A stretch of 63,394 nucleotides of DNA, counting the filler, from Kipferlia bialata (lineage: Eukaryota): assembly GCA_003568945.1 (NCBI GenBank). It is 4 parts of 4 records of this genome, joined end to end, with 100 filler letters (N's around TTAATTAATTAA, not from the genome) between each part and the next. Parts side by side here need not be neighbours in the genome. Positions count along the whole stretch, not along the records: positions 47,283 to 58,985 come from BDIP01000149.1; positions 59,086 to 63,394 come from BDIP01000249.1; 2 more parts are not named here. One strand, written 5' to 3'. How positions within the stretch are numbered: the first letter of the stretch is position 1; every line of letters begins with the position of its first letter. This document shows positions 50,731 to 63,394 of this stretch, one piece after another. Position numbers and translations under genes: made by a program. The notes under the pieces were generated by a model, which searched no databases, had not been told where the DNA came from, and was given only the letters and a program-made list of their open reading frames with translations.

Positions 50731-50989
50731 ACCATCTCTCTCTCTCTGTCTACTTGTCTCACTTCAGGAGGACAGACAGACATACGAGTCCCAGATCAGA
50801 CAGCTAGGTATGGATACACTTAATCTCTGTATCTCTCTCTCTGTTATAGTAACGATATTTACGTTTTGTATATCTAGTGTGTATGTGTCATGGTATGTAC
50901 TGCCCGTCTCTCTTACTGTAGTGGAGCAGCTCAACTACAAGCTGGCCAATGTCAAGGAGAAGAGAAAGAAGAGATTCGGCATGTTTTAG
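47580..50989 (+). CDS. Glu-rich low-complexity protein with basic N-terminus and C-terminal coiled coil, multi-exon
   Basis: MPPPRNRRNRNAGRQQK|KKKSGFGG... then a ~2-kb acidic exon (about 48183-50234), ALQRENSELRTEVERLRDQLERN and further heptad exons; ends KKRFGMF* at 50989. Confidence 0.65.
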
Positions 50990-51393
50990 ACCGTTTTCCA
51001 CTATGAGGATCAGTTAATAGTGTATATGTCGTGTGAAATAGACGTCGTTGACATCACAACTGGACTGGATGTGTGGACTAACTTTGAACCTGCAAACTTC
51101 TCAATCAGTCGGACTCATTCAAGTTCTATTCACATAATTAACAAACTCAGTGAGGCGGATCACCAAGCTCTATAGCAACAACAGGAACTGCCAACCTCTC
51201 CATTCTGATTCTCAATAACACGTGATACACAATGCCTCCGCTACGTGGAGACTGCTCTTCTGCACTCATCTCTCTCTCTCTCTCTCTCTTTCACACCCTG
51301 ACAAGAGCACAATGGCAGCAAATGTAAGAGCATCCCATCAACGTCTAGCTACCAGTATTTTCCTGTCACAGCCATATCCAATACTACTGACAT

Positions 51394-54300
51394 CTAGTCA
51401 TAGTACCATGGTCCCACACTCATGTGGATCTAGGGTCAGAATAATACACAATTTCGCTTATCTCATTCTTGCAAAATAGCAACATATACATGTAGTTAAG
51501 ACAGATGTCTGTACCTGGGTCAGCTCGTCTAGCAGCGTGCCGTTGATGCCGTGCATGATACCAAAGACAAGGATGGATCTGGAGTGAGTAATTATATACA
51601 CGTATAAATAGAGAGAGAGTTTATGGTGTGCATGATGCCAAACACAAGAATGGACCTGGGAGTGAATGTGTTACTATATGGTACATATATATAGAGAGAG
51701 AGTGCAGAAACTAGATGCCAAAGACAATGGTGAACATAATGGCCAACCTATTGCGAGAGAAAGAGATAGAGGAAGGTCTCAGATATATAATAATAATGAG
51801 GTACCTTGTGGCAGGGTTTGCCCAGAATATGCCGCCAAAGATACCAAAGGTACCAGTGATGAAGGCCTGAGGTTAGAGAAATGAACACAGAGACAATGGG
51901 GGATACACTATTACACAACGATATCAAAACATATAGTATAACATAGTATCACCATTTGCATCGTATATATATATTCATATGTCGTACCAGTGGCCAGCAT
52001 GGTATGTGGAACAGACCGAAGAAGAACCCAGAAAATGCATCTATGGTACCAATACTCATACACATATATGGTAAGTTGTGCATGAACACAAGGCATGTAT
52101 TACTTACCAGTGGCCAGCATGGGATGTGGAAGAGGCCGAAGAAGAACCCAGTGCCCACACAGACAACAGACCGGCCAAGCTGACATGAGGAGAAAGTTGG
52201 GTGCATAGATGTATATAGTTGATACGCTAATTGCGGCAATATGTACATATATATACGCATGTATATACTAACCTTAGTGTCTGGCATGCCCTGGTTGAGT
52301 CTCAGGTTACGAATGATCCCAGCAATATAAAGTCTAACACTGAAGAATACTATATCCATATATAATAAATATAATACCTTAGTGTCTGGCATGCCCTGGT
52401 TGAGTCTCAGGTGGTTGTAGCTGAGGAACAGGGTCTGCTGAAGCATGCCTAGGGTGAGGAAGTAGCAATATTACTATTACTATTACTTGGGAGGAATGGT
52501 TTGTTGCATGGAGGGAGAGACATAGATAAACACTCGACTCACCCCAGAACACATACATGGATATGTGGCTGATGATCTAATGTTGCAATACTTATGTGCA
52601 ACATGCCACATAGCTAGAAGAAGTTGTGTGTACACTGTAAACATATTCTTTAATACTCCACTCACCCCAGAACACATACATGGATATGTGGCTGATGATG
52701 CTGGTTGTGGACCAGTCAAAGATGTAGACGCCATCCGGCCACCACTTGTCACCGACTGATATGTTGTATCCAAAGATGAGGAGGATGGTGACAACACAGA
52801 TCACAACCTGAGATTAGGGGTCATTTCCTATCGATCAACATGATGACATGGATATATTATATATATATGATGGAGAGAGTACCCCGACTTACCCCGATGG
52901 TGTATGCGAATCTGAGCGAGGGAGCTGCATTGCCAGCAGGGGCAAACAGGCAGCATATCATGTAGATACCCAGGACAGCTAGACACAGGGAGACGAGGTA
53001 GCCTGGGTTATAATGCTCGGAATAAATTAGCTAATAATATTGAGACACAATTAATAGGTGTGAGTTTGTGCACTACTCTTACCCCATGGCGTTGGGACGT
53101 ATGCCGTGTCCCCCCCCTTGTTGATGATGGGTGTGACCAGGACACTGTATACAGAGGGGAGGTACTGGGTATGAGTGGAGTAGAGTTGGGCCTTCGCAAG
53201 GACTTATGTCCACAAACAAATGAGAAATAAACTACACTCACCTCTCTGACACATGTCTTCTTTAGCAGTCTCCCTAGATATACAGAGACATATGATCATA
53301 TGACACATACACACGTACATATACATTATTATATGGTATATATATACATACATACCTCTCTGATCCCTGTCTTCTTGAGCAGTCTGCCCAGGTATACCGA
53401 TGTGTAGCAAAGAGTGAGGGCCAGCATCACAAGGAGCAGGACAGCTAGAGACATCCTGACGTTAGAGAGGTATATACAATTACATCGAACGTGTGTGAGA
53501 GAGAGGGAAAGAAATTCAATAGCATCACAAGGAGGAGGACAGCTAGAGGCAGCCTAGGGTAAGGAAGGAGGGTAGGTAATGCAAATAGAAGAACTGTATA
53601 TAGTAGTAGATAGCGTATGCTAAAGATATAGAGGGCGTGAGGCCCAGCATCACAAGGACCAGGACAGTAAGGGCTATGTATGAGATATCGAATGGAAGGA
53701 TATTTCTATATACACTTGAAGTTAGACCAATACAGTAATACATACCTCTCCTTCCTGTGCTCCTTCCCCTTGTATGGCTCCTGTCCCATGATGAGTCTCA
53801 AGGGATGGAGGGGGACAGGGTAGCCCCAGTCGCTGGGGTGAGGTCCATATACAAAGTATACATATACTATAACCAGTATGTAGACAATATACACCCACCC
53901 CATACTAGATCCATGCAGTGCCGGTCTCCCCGAGAGCATACACATCTATATATATATATATATATGCTAACCACTACACAAATACTTCACATGCATATGA
54001 GCATACATGCACATACCCCATAGTGTCTCCGTGCAGAGCAGGTGACACAGCCAGCATGTACACCAGTAGCACAGCCAGACACGGATAGCACAGGTAGTCT
54101 GCCCAGTCAATGCCAATGACCTGTCTGGATGTAAACACCTACATATGAATATATATATATGGGTGTAGATATACTTACAGGGTGTAGTTGAATAGGTATT
54201 ATATAAGTGAGCCAACCTTCCGAGCCCTATGAAGCCCCATATGGATGCACTCACTGACTGTGTATATATATACATATATATACATATATATATTAGTATA

Positions 54301-55430
54301 GATAATGGAAGTACAATACTCCAATACCCACCTCCCGAGCCCTATGAAGCCCCATATGGATGCACTCACGGACAGGTTGGTGAACATGACCTGGGGTGGG
54401 GCAATAATGTGCATATACAACTATCGTGACACCTGTATACAGAAGGGGATCTCATATAATGGGAATGATACCTCTATGAATGAGAACCGCTGGGACAGGT
54501 TGTCGTGACATGGATGACCGAAGGCAGTCTCTCTGGCGCCATATCCCTAACGGGTAAGAATAACAAATCAATGTCTGAAAGCCAACCAGACAATCACAGA
54601 CTAGAATATATATAATGAAATAGGAAAACCAATCCGTACCAATGTCCTTGATGCCTCTGTGGCTGCCCTGCACCCCTTGTAGAATGATACTCATATATAT
54701 ATACATAATATTATATATACACTGTATATACACTATCATACCAGTGCCCTTGATGCCTCCGTTGCTGCCCTGCACCCCTTGTAGAATGTCTTGACATGTG
54801 CCAGAGGGGACAGGGAGGTGGAGGACTTAGACGACAGAGTTACCAATGTATCTCTGGTCACCTAGGGGTCAAATAAGTTAAATACATGAGAGAGAGTGTG
54901 TGAAATACCTCTGATGCATAGTTGAGGCATGTGTCACAGACCATGGGGTGGGACTGGGTGGATATCTAAATACATATACAACTATATATACATATATATA
55001 GAGAGTAATACCTACCTCCGATGCATACTTGAGGCACGTATCACAGACCATGGGGTGGGACTGGGTGGATGAGTGCTTGACAGGGCTCTCTCCCTCACTA
55101 CCTGCCTCACTCCCTGCCTCTCCATCCTGGTTGACTGTCTCTGTTCCATAGGTACCAGTCTCTCCCTTTCCCTCTTCGGGTTTCCTCACATCCTCTGGAC
55201 TTGGGGACTCGGACACTGGCACAGCCTGCATCAGAATAGATCTGTATATTTAATATAGCATCTGGATAAGTATGAATACTCATCTATATATGTCAAGAAC
55301 CTACATGCCTTCTCAACTAAATTGACACACTACAATATGTATATACATATGTGTGTGAAGGTATATGTAGGTAAGCACGTGATACCTGCACCACCTCGCC
55401 ACGCACAACAGGATGGGACAGAACATGTCC
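51394..55430 (-). CDS. Multi-pass membrane protein with C-terminal CPBP (Abi/CAAX protease-like) domain; 5' limit uncertain
   Basis: Spliced hydrophobic exons: ...MYVFWG|MLQQTLFLSY...|FFFGLFHIPCWPL|AFITGTFGIFGGIFW...|SILVFGIMHGINGTLLDELTQ|IHMSVGPWYYD*. Motif order matches CPBP (EE-position, FxxxH, HxxxG/N). Confidence 0.65.
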
Positions 55431-55608
55431 TAGGATCAGCGTCAGTAGAGGGAGAGAGAAAAGGAGGAGAGACAGAACAGGGGAGTAGAGAGAGGGGGGG
55501 AGAGAGAGAGAACAGGGCCTGGGATCAGAGTCAGGAGAGAGAGAACAGGACCTGAGGAGAGAGGGGGAAAGGATGTGACAGAGCCTTGCACCAGAGTCAG
55601 GAGATATG

Positions 55609-55649
<41 letters not shown>

Positions 55650-55714
55650 GGGGGGGGAAGAGGGGGGGGGGGGGGGGGGGGGGGGGGGTTAGGGGGAGAG
55701 GAAAAATCAGTTAC

Positions 55715-58700
55715 CTGAGCAGTGGCAGTGTGGGCTGTGCCCCGCTTCTCAGAGCACTGAGTGTCATTCTCTCCTGACCAAGGGCTAGCTTGAAGGAGGG
55801 TACACCCTGAGAGTGAGGTGATAGTACAAAGACACAGAGAGATAAGGCTAATAAATGTACATCTAACTGGAAGTACAATAACATACCTGAGCACTGAGCA
55901 GTGACATGGCACTCCGCCTGACCCCATTGAGAGAGGGTGGTGCCACAAAGGAAGAGGTGGCAGAGAAGGGAAGGCCTCCCAGCTGGGGTGAGAAAGATGA
56001 TATATCGTGTAGAAGAGGAATGAGTGCATACCTCGCAGTGGACTGGCACTCTGTACTCCACCCCATCCAGTCTGATGACGAGGTTGTCTCTGAAGGTGCC
56101 TGCCCTGTCACCGAGGGCACACACATGCACAAGGGCATAGCCCCTGGAGGGTGAGGAGGGATAGATACACAATATTATATTGAACATAGACTATATACGG
56201 TTACTTAGTTGATGTGCTGTATACCTAGGGGGTAACTGGCACCCAATGTCTGGTCTCAGCGACTGGTGGCCATAGCCCATGGTATCCACGTGGGCTAGGC
56301 CGAAGATGCTGCGGGGGGCCTGGGTGTGAGATATACACACACATATATAAATATAGAGAGAGAGAGGAGTGGAAGAGTGTCCCCCACCTGCTTGGGTCTC
56401 CTGTTGGGCAAGGGACCTAGCAGAGGACCACGGCCATTCCTGTTCTTGCGAATGACCTGAGGTGAGACTCAGTGATGAACCATACATTTCAATTGAATGT
56501 CCTTGTATACCAATGCATAGTTTGATATATCCACCCACCTTAGCAATGTACTTGGGGTCATCTGCCTTGAAGGGGTCAAGGGGGGACTCGCGCACATCAG
56601 ATCTGAGGGTGAGAAAGACACTTATCACTGCTTAAGAGTGTGATACCAAATACCATACCTAGCCAGAAGAACCAAGCCGTTTCCGGCCCTGAGCAAGGAC
56701 TGCTCCAGAGACACAATGCCCCTGACATACATCTGCTCCAGGCCATACAGACGGCCAGCCTAGAGTAAGATCTATCTATCTATATATATATATATACAAG
56801 AGAGATGGCAAGAATGAACATATATCCGTACCCTGCTCTTGAAACCGACAGGTGCCGCAGCGGCAGGACCCTTCCCAGGGCTCTTGGTGGTGGTGCCAGG
56901 CCTAGACGACCTAGGGGTAAGAACATCAGTATTCTATATACATAGGAAAGTATGATACACATACACATACCTGTGTCCAGATGCTGGTGTGTTGTTACCC
57001 AGGAGTGCCGCGTTGTTGAGTGCACTGTTGTACGTGGAGTTGGGGTTCTGTCTGGCTGCTGCCCCTGATGAGCCAAGGAGACCAAAGACCGAGGGGACCT
57101 CTACGGACTGAGGCACTGATAGTCAGATGACACCAATACAAACAATTAAAATGTCTCCAACATGTACTATAATTCTGATTATTAGAATGTCTCACCCATG
57201 AAGTTATCGAATGAGAGGTGCAGCTGCCTCTGTGCGTCAGATGGGTTCTGGACAACAAAGGTGAGCCACTTGGGGAGGTAGGTGCGGGTCTTGATGCGGA
57301 GAGGCTCCTCGATGATGAGGGGCTTGCTCTGATGGTTAGGATATCTGTGGCAAGGAGGCGAGTAGTAGATATAGCACATCGTACCGGTTCCAGATCGAAT
57401 GCGGGTCTCATTGGGAGGTGGACCCTTGGGATGGCTGGGACAACCTCTGACTGGATGGCAAAGCCTGTCGGGGTGGGACCCTCATAGAACACCCTGGGAG
57501 TAAGATGAATATATATACATAGACACAGAGACATAGTGCATAGGTACCTGAATACTGACACCACCCTGCCCACCGACAGTGGGGAGAGTGTGACTGTGAT
57601 GTCTATGCTCTCCCCTGGTGCTAGGTATCCCTCGGAGGGGACTGTCCTCACACTGCACCTGCCAACCTCGTCAGAAGACGCATCCTCATCTCTAGGGGTT
57701 AGGTACAAGAGAGAGAGAGAGAGAGGGACATATACATACTCTTCAGAAAGGGCATCCTCATCTCTGGGGGTAGAGGAGAGGACAAGAAAGAGATGGAGGG
57801 AGACATGCATACACATGCGTACCTTGCGAGTGAGAACACTGACACACTCCGCATGTCATCGTCATCCACCATGTCATCATTGTCATGGTCACCCTTGCCT
57901 GGAGGGATGAGAGGCATTAATGTAATTATTAAACACATTAGAGGAACGATAGAGTATAATCATGGTCACCCTTGCCTGGATGGGGACGTGAATGTATGGA
58001 CACCCATGTATGCATACTAAAAGAACAATATAATAGATACCTAATGGCTCAATGGAGAAAGGGGTCCCGAGGCCAGAGTCGTTGGATATGGTGACATCGA
58101 AGCTGCGAAGGACACCTGGAATGAGAGGAATCACGCCAAATACACCACAAGGAAGAGTATGCATAAAGACATACATGTATGCCTTCAACTACTCCGCAAC
58201 CGGGAAGAGTGCGTCCCAGACAATGTGTGCCGCGGGATATCAATGTATATAGTAAAACCACATTCCATTCATCGCCAATTAAGACCATAGTGTAATTACA
58301 GTACCTGGGAAGAGTGCCTCCCTGACAATGTGTGCAGCAGGTGTGCATCTGAGGACGGGGGTGAGTGCAAGGGCAGACACAGCCACAGTCAAGGGGGCAG
58401 GGGTGGAGGGGAGGAAGATGCCCACAGAGGTGTGGATGGCACGGGAGCTGGGGGTGAGAAAGAAGACAAAGAAGTGTAACTAATAGAGAAAAGTGAATGT
58501 AATACCTAGTCTTGTTGGACTCTGCCCTCTTGGAGTCCCAGGGCACACCGATGCCCAGTGTGATCTCAGTCTTACCAAAGGGTGGCACGATGCCCCAGGA
58601 GGGGACAATGTCAAGGAGGGGCTCCACACCTGGGGTGAGGGGAGGAGATGGGAAGTATTGGGGGGGGGGATAATATATATATATACCTGGGAGTGGGTCC

Positions 58701-58929
58701 TGTGCGTTGATGACTGTGGGTCTGGGGTGTCTGGCATCCACAGGCACAGGGAACTTGAGGGTCTGCTGGGGGGTAAGATACATTCATAGATCACATACAT
58801 ATAGTGCGCTATGATTATGTGATACCTGTGGGTACTCCCCCTCCTCCTCACTCATGTCCCCATCCATGTTAGGGTTCTCCAGTCTACTGACCACACGCAC
58901 ACCCTCGGCCCCACTCTCAAAGGTCAGAC
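55715..58929 (-). CDS. DLEC1/CFAP81-like (ASH/PapD-like Ig-fold) ciliary protein, internal fragment
   Basis: ASH-type strands DIVPSWGIVPPFGKTEITLGI, SFDVTISNDSGLGTPFSI, TVPSEGYLAPGESIDITVTLSP, FVVQNPSDAQRQLHLSFDNF and GTFRDNLVIRLDGVEYRVPVH (recalled DLEC1 GEYWDNLICTVGD...IPVH). Confidence 0.55.
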
Positions 58930-58985
58930 CTGGGGTAAAGGGGGGGGGGGGGGGGGGGGAAAAAAAAAAAAACAAACTTAACCCA

Positions 58986-59085
58986 NNNNNNNNNNNNNNN
59001 NNNNNNNNNNNNNNNNNNNNNNNNNNNNNTTAATTAATTAANNNNNNNNNNNNNNNNNNNNNNNNNNNNNNNNNNNNNNNNNNNN
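58986..59085. other. Artificial contig linker N44-TTAATTAATTAA-N44
   Basis: 100 nt, cassette at 59030-59041. Confidence 0.97.
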
Positions 59086-59248
59086 CCCCGCCTGTGTTTT
59101 TTCCCCCCTCCCCCCCCCCCCCCGACTCGTTCTCTTGTCTCTCTCCCTCTCTCTCTCCACCTCACCCCCAGCTGTGTGTGTACTCTCTCTCTCTCCCCCC
59201 GACTCGGACTCTATTCCATTCTCTTCTCTCTCTCTGTCTCACCCCCAG

Positions 59249-62200
59249 CTGTGTGTGCCTGACTGGCACTGACACACTGGTGGTGGGGGACATCACAGGT
59301 ATGGCTGTGTGGTTATTTGTATATATCGGTATATATATATGTATGTATCGATATACATGATGATGCTCACACACTGGTGGTGGGGGACATCACAGGTGTG
59401 TATACATAATATATATATATGTATATATGTATATGTATACATATATATGTATATATGCTCACACGCTGGTGGTGGGGGACATCACAAAGTAGTCTATATT
59501 GTAATATATGTATGTATACGTGTATTGTGTGTAATGTTGTATAATTCCCCCAGGCTCCCTGTCTGAGTATGACCTGGCTGACATATATACATATATATAT
59601 GTATATGTATATATATATGTATATATATACTTATACAATTGTCCTTTCCCCAGGCACCCTGTCTGTGTATGACCTGGCTGACATGGGCACACAGGGACAG
59701 TCAAACAGGGTGGGGGGAGTCAATATATACATGTTTCACCTTGTCTCTGGTGTATTCCCGATATAGTGCTTGTGGGTTCTTCTCTTCCATACTTTCTGTT
59801 CATATCAATACGCATTCTATACGCTTCTATTATGTCTTCCTCTGCTCATACCCAGCCCCCCCTCCATACCGTTCCTGTCTTCATGATGGATGTGGGCATA
59901 CACTCTCTGGCGCAGACAAGGTGTGAGGGTGTCAGAATGTATATATCCTGTATATATATATATAATCCTATAAAAATAGTATATATATCCTATTATTCTC
60001 ACAATGTTTGTATACACTCTCTGGCACAGACAAGGTATGTACATTCCTTGTGAACGTCTGTTGGCTGCTCCTGTTGGTGTCTAATTGTGGTCTCTATTAT
60101 GTATGTATACACTCTCTGGCACAGACAGGGTAGGAGGGTGCAGCATGTATATATGGCATTGTGCCTTGCTAGACTTCTTCTGACTTCTTCTGACTTCTTC
60201 TGACTTCAGGCTACCTGAGCGTGGCCACCTGATAGCAGCTGGTAGCAGTACCGGAGGCATCGAGATACTACTGTTCTCCCAGGGCAGGTTGGAGCATAAA
60301 TATCATACTTTACCATTTCTCTCTCTTCAAGCTTAGGATGAGATGTTCTGACCGCCATTCTGTATATGGTGCTGAATATATGATATGAATGGTTGGGGAT
60401 GTATATGGTACTGATCCTTGGGCTGTTCACGGTTCAGTCATTATGTTTATGGTGCTGATATATACCCCCGGATGTATAAGGACTGATATATTTCTATATA
60501 TGCGGTGAATATGTCTGACCCCCAGGCTGTTCAAGGTTGCCCGTATCTCAGGGCACCGGGATGTTGTCACGGACCTCAAGTTTGGACCCGAGAGGGAGAG
60601 GGAGAGGGAGAGAGGTGCCACTTCGGCTGAAGGCGGCAGAGAGAGGGAGAGAGAGAGAGAGAGAGATGAATATGGCGGCGACGTAGGGCAGGACCCACAA
60701 AGGGAGAGAGAGGGGTCTGGTGTGCTTGCCTCCAGCTCAGCTGATGGGACTGTCAGGCTGTGGGAGTACCGGATACGCGACAAGGAGAGAGAGAGAGAGC
60801 GCGAGAGGGAGCGCGAGAGGGAGAGGGGGTATGCCCACGATAGTGACCTAGTGGGGGATGCCGATAGGAGGGGGTCCAGTATCCACTTCCCACTGAGGGG
60901 TGTAGTGTCTGATAGGGTAGCCGAGGACAGCCCTGCCTCTAGTCCATGCAGTGCATCCACAAGCGGGACTGTATCCACGGGTAGTGCTAGAGCAGGAGGG
61001 AGAGGGAAGGGGAGTGTGTTGTTCCAGAGCGAGGGGGAGAGAGAGGACAGTGACGAGGGGAGTGAGTCTGAGTCTGAAACAGATGGGGAGAGGGAGAGAG
61101 AGGAGTATGGAGAGGAACAGACGGAGAAGATTGGTGTTGTCACCGACCTAGGGGGAGATGAGTACCCGGGACAGGGGGAGAGAGAGGGAGAGGACGCGGG
61201 GAGGGAGAGGGTGAGACCCGCTCCCATTGATGTGAGACAGTCCACCCACGCACCTCCCCCTCACCCTGGTCTGCATCCACCCACAGTCACCAGTGGTGCT
61301 GGCATTCCTGGTGTGGCAGCGCTAGATGTCCCTGTCAACCCCCACCCCCTGGGTGCTGTGATGGGACTGGACCACGGGCTGCAGGGGATTCAGGTGTGTA
61401 TAGCCACTTCTTACGCGATACTGTATGTATGGTACATACATTTATGAATACGTGTTGTACTACCACTGACCCTCCAGGGCATGTCTGGGTCTGTCGAGTA
61501 TATATCATATATATGCATATTGTTTGTTATCTGAGTACATATTGTAGAGCCACTGATACTAGGGCATGTCCGGGTCTGTCGAGGGCAGTGCCGGTCTTAG
61601 CTCTGCGGGACCCCCCCTACCAGGCCGTCCCCCCTCACATCTAGAGGCAGCATACGGCCTGCAGGGCCTGATGCCTACCTTTGCGGCAGATGTGACACTG
61701 GGTCTGGGAGAAGGGTCGCACAGGCGGTACGGGGATATATATATATATCCTATTCTTCGAAAACATCACACAATCTCTCTCTCTCTCTCTTTTTTTTTTT
61801 CTCTCTCTCTCCCTCCCCCCCTCCTCACTTGTCCAGGTGGGTATGGGGCCTAGCCTTCCCTGACAGCCAGTCCCTGGTGTCGGTGTCCTCAGACTGCACA
61901 GGTGGGTATATAAACACACACATATATATATGAATACATATACGTGTGTGAATACAGACGTCTACACATATGGTATGTATCAGTCCCTCGTATCAGTGTC
62001 CTCAGACTGCACAGGTTGGATATATTATTATGTAATCAGTATATAGATTGATAGTGTTTGTCTATGAGAGAGTCATACGCCTTCTTCCATGCCTTGCTCA
62101 TTGTCTTACACCTCATTATCTGCATCATGCTCTGCTTCCAATGACTGCACCAGATGGATATGTAGATATCTATATCCAATGCCTCCTTCTATGCCTTGTT

Positions 62201-62538
62201 CAATGACCCTTACCCCAGGCCGGCTGTGGGACCTAGGGAGTGGCAGGACGAGGAGGTGAGGGGACATTCTACACACACACATGTATATATATATATATAT
62301 GTAAGAAACAAATATGTACAAGGATGGAACCTGGGAAGTAGGAGGTGGGGATGTCGTATGCAGAAACACAAATGTTTCTTTTTCCATTAATCATCGCATC
62401 CGTCCTTGTCTCACCCCGAGGTGACACACAATTGTATTTCATTATATTAATCCTTGCATGCGTCCCTGTCTCACCCCCAGGTGTTTCAGAGCAGACAAGG
62501 GCATTGTCTGCGTGGACACCCAGAAGTCTCCAGCGTAG
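59249..62538 (+). CDS. WD40-repeat protein, multi-exon, 5' truncated
   Basis: LVVGDITG|TLSVYDL; ISGHRDVVTDLKFG...VLASSSADGTVRLWEY; RLWDLGSGRTR|RCF...SPA* with stop at 62536-62538. Confidence 0.7.
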
Positions 62539-62816
62539 ACATTGGTTTACCCATGTTCACCTATAGCTGACAGCTTTCAATAGCCACACAATCTGAATCC
62601 AGTGTACTTGTGTTTGAGTCGACAACTTTGTTCAATATCTCCATTTTGGATTTGACGCTGCGAATAGAGTTTTAACGATGGTGTCAAGCAGTGCATTTGT
62701 TGCTGTAGAGCTGGGTCGTATATGTTTGGGTACCGTTTCCAGATGAAATAAGGGTGTAGCAGTCTCAGCCCAAAAGAGACATCAAGCCGCAAAGTGTCAA
62801 GCCACTCCTTCAGGGC

Positions 62817-63232
62817 ATGTGTGACTCATCATCCCCGCATGTCTCTGGGGGTAACCGCTTCCAGAGCCTGGATCTGAGTCAGTGTGTGAATGGCAATCGT
62901 ACGTAGCGCTTCCCCACTGAATACTATGCAATCAATCCACTCTGATGCTTTGAATATGGTGACCAGTACTACATCCAGGCTCTGTCCAATCTCTCTCTCT
63001 CTCCCTCATATACCTGTAGTAGTGGTGTGTCTCTATCTCAGTCCTGCATTGACCTGCCAGGCTTATGTGTGAATGGCCACGCCCCATACTACCCCTTTGG
63101 CAACACCCTGCCCCACTCCCTGCTGGACACAGTGCCACACAGGGAGAGGTCAGGGGGGCTAGGGGTGGATAGCATCAACATTCTGGCTGTGGGGAGTGGA
63201 GACCCGAGGCATGTGCTGCAGACACTGATATG
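62817..63232 (+). CDS. DUF4470-domain protein (DNAAF3/MYND-associated N-terminal domain), 5' exons
   Basis: ATG at 62817, phase-1 intron 62899-63060, then YYPFGNTLPHSLL...INILAVGSGDPRHVLQTL, matching the DUF4470 pattern YPxGNTP...ILLLGCGDPRNIL. Confidence 0.75.
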
Positions 63233-63346
63233 TATCCTACTACTCAATCCAACACATGATGTCAACATCCTCTGTGTTCGATGGCTTATAGAAAGTACAT
63301 ACTATAGTGTGTCTACTGGCCGCTGATCGATATGTTGTGGTATACC

Positions 63347-63394
<48 letters not shown>

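Noticed and set aside
63346..63394. Poly-C/G tracts as G-quadruplex regulatory elements
   Set aside because: They coincide with contig ends and gaps, so their length and context are unreliable. Many are probably extended intronic pyrimidine tracts.

Overview
Eukaryotic, intron-rich protist draft sequence, not prokaryotic. The window joins at least four scaffold pieces with artificial 100-nt N44-TTAATTAATTAA-N44 linkers and has two real N gaps. The (GA)n/(TA)n-rich style, ERERER-coding exons and YTNAC-Cn-AG acceptors suggest a free-living fornicate such as Kipferlia, but that is an inference only. Recognisable genes are a Clu/TIF31-family TPR protein, proteasome ATPase Rpt6, telomerase reverse transcriptase (TERT), two large type-I surface proteins (one with VWD-like domains and a 1-nt frameshift), a Nup85-like nucleoporin, a CPBP/CAAX-protease-like membrane protein, a DLEC1-like ciliary protein, a WD40 protein and a DUF4470 protein, plus several hypothetical multi-exon genes. 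The most striking feature is 'exon-echo' arrays. Many introns contain 1-7 tandem partial copies of the neighbouring exon end (with GT donor, placed downstream) or exon start (with acceptor, placed upstream). These copies cannot form normal exons, yet they differ from the real exon mostly at synonymous sites, including AGY<->TCN serine switches. Exon boundaries were read by eye and are approximate.
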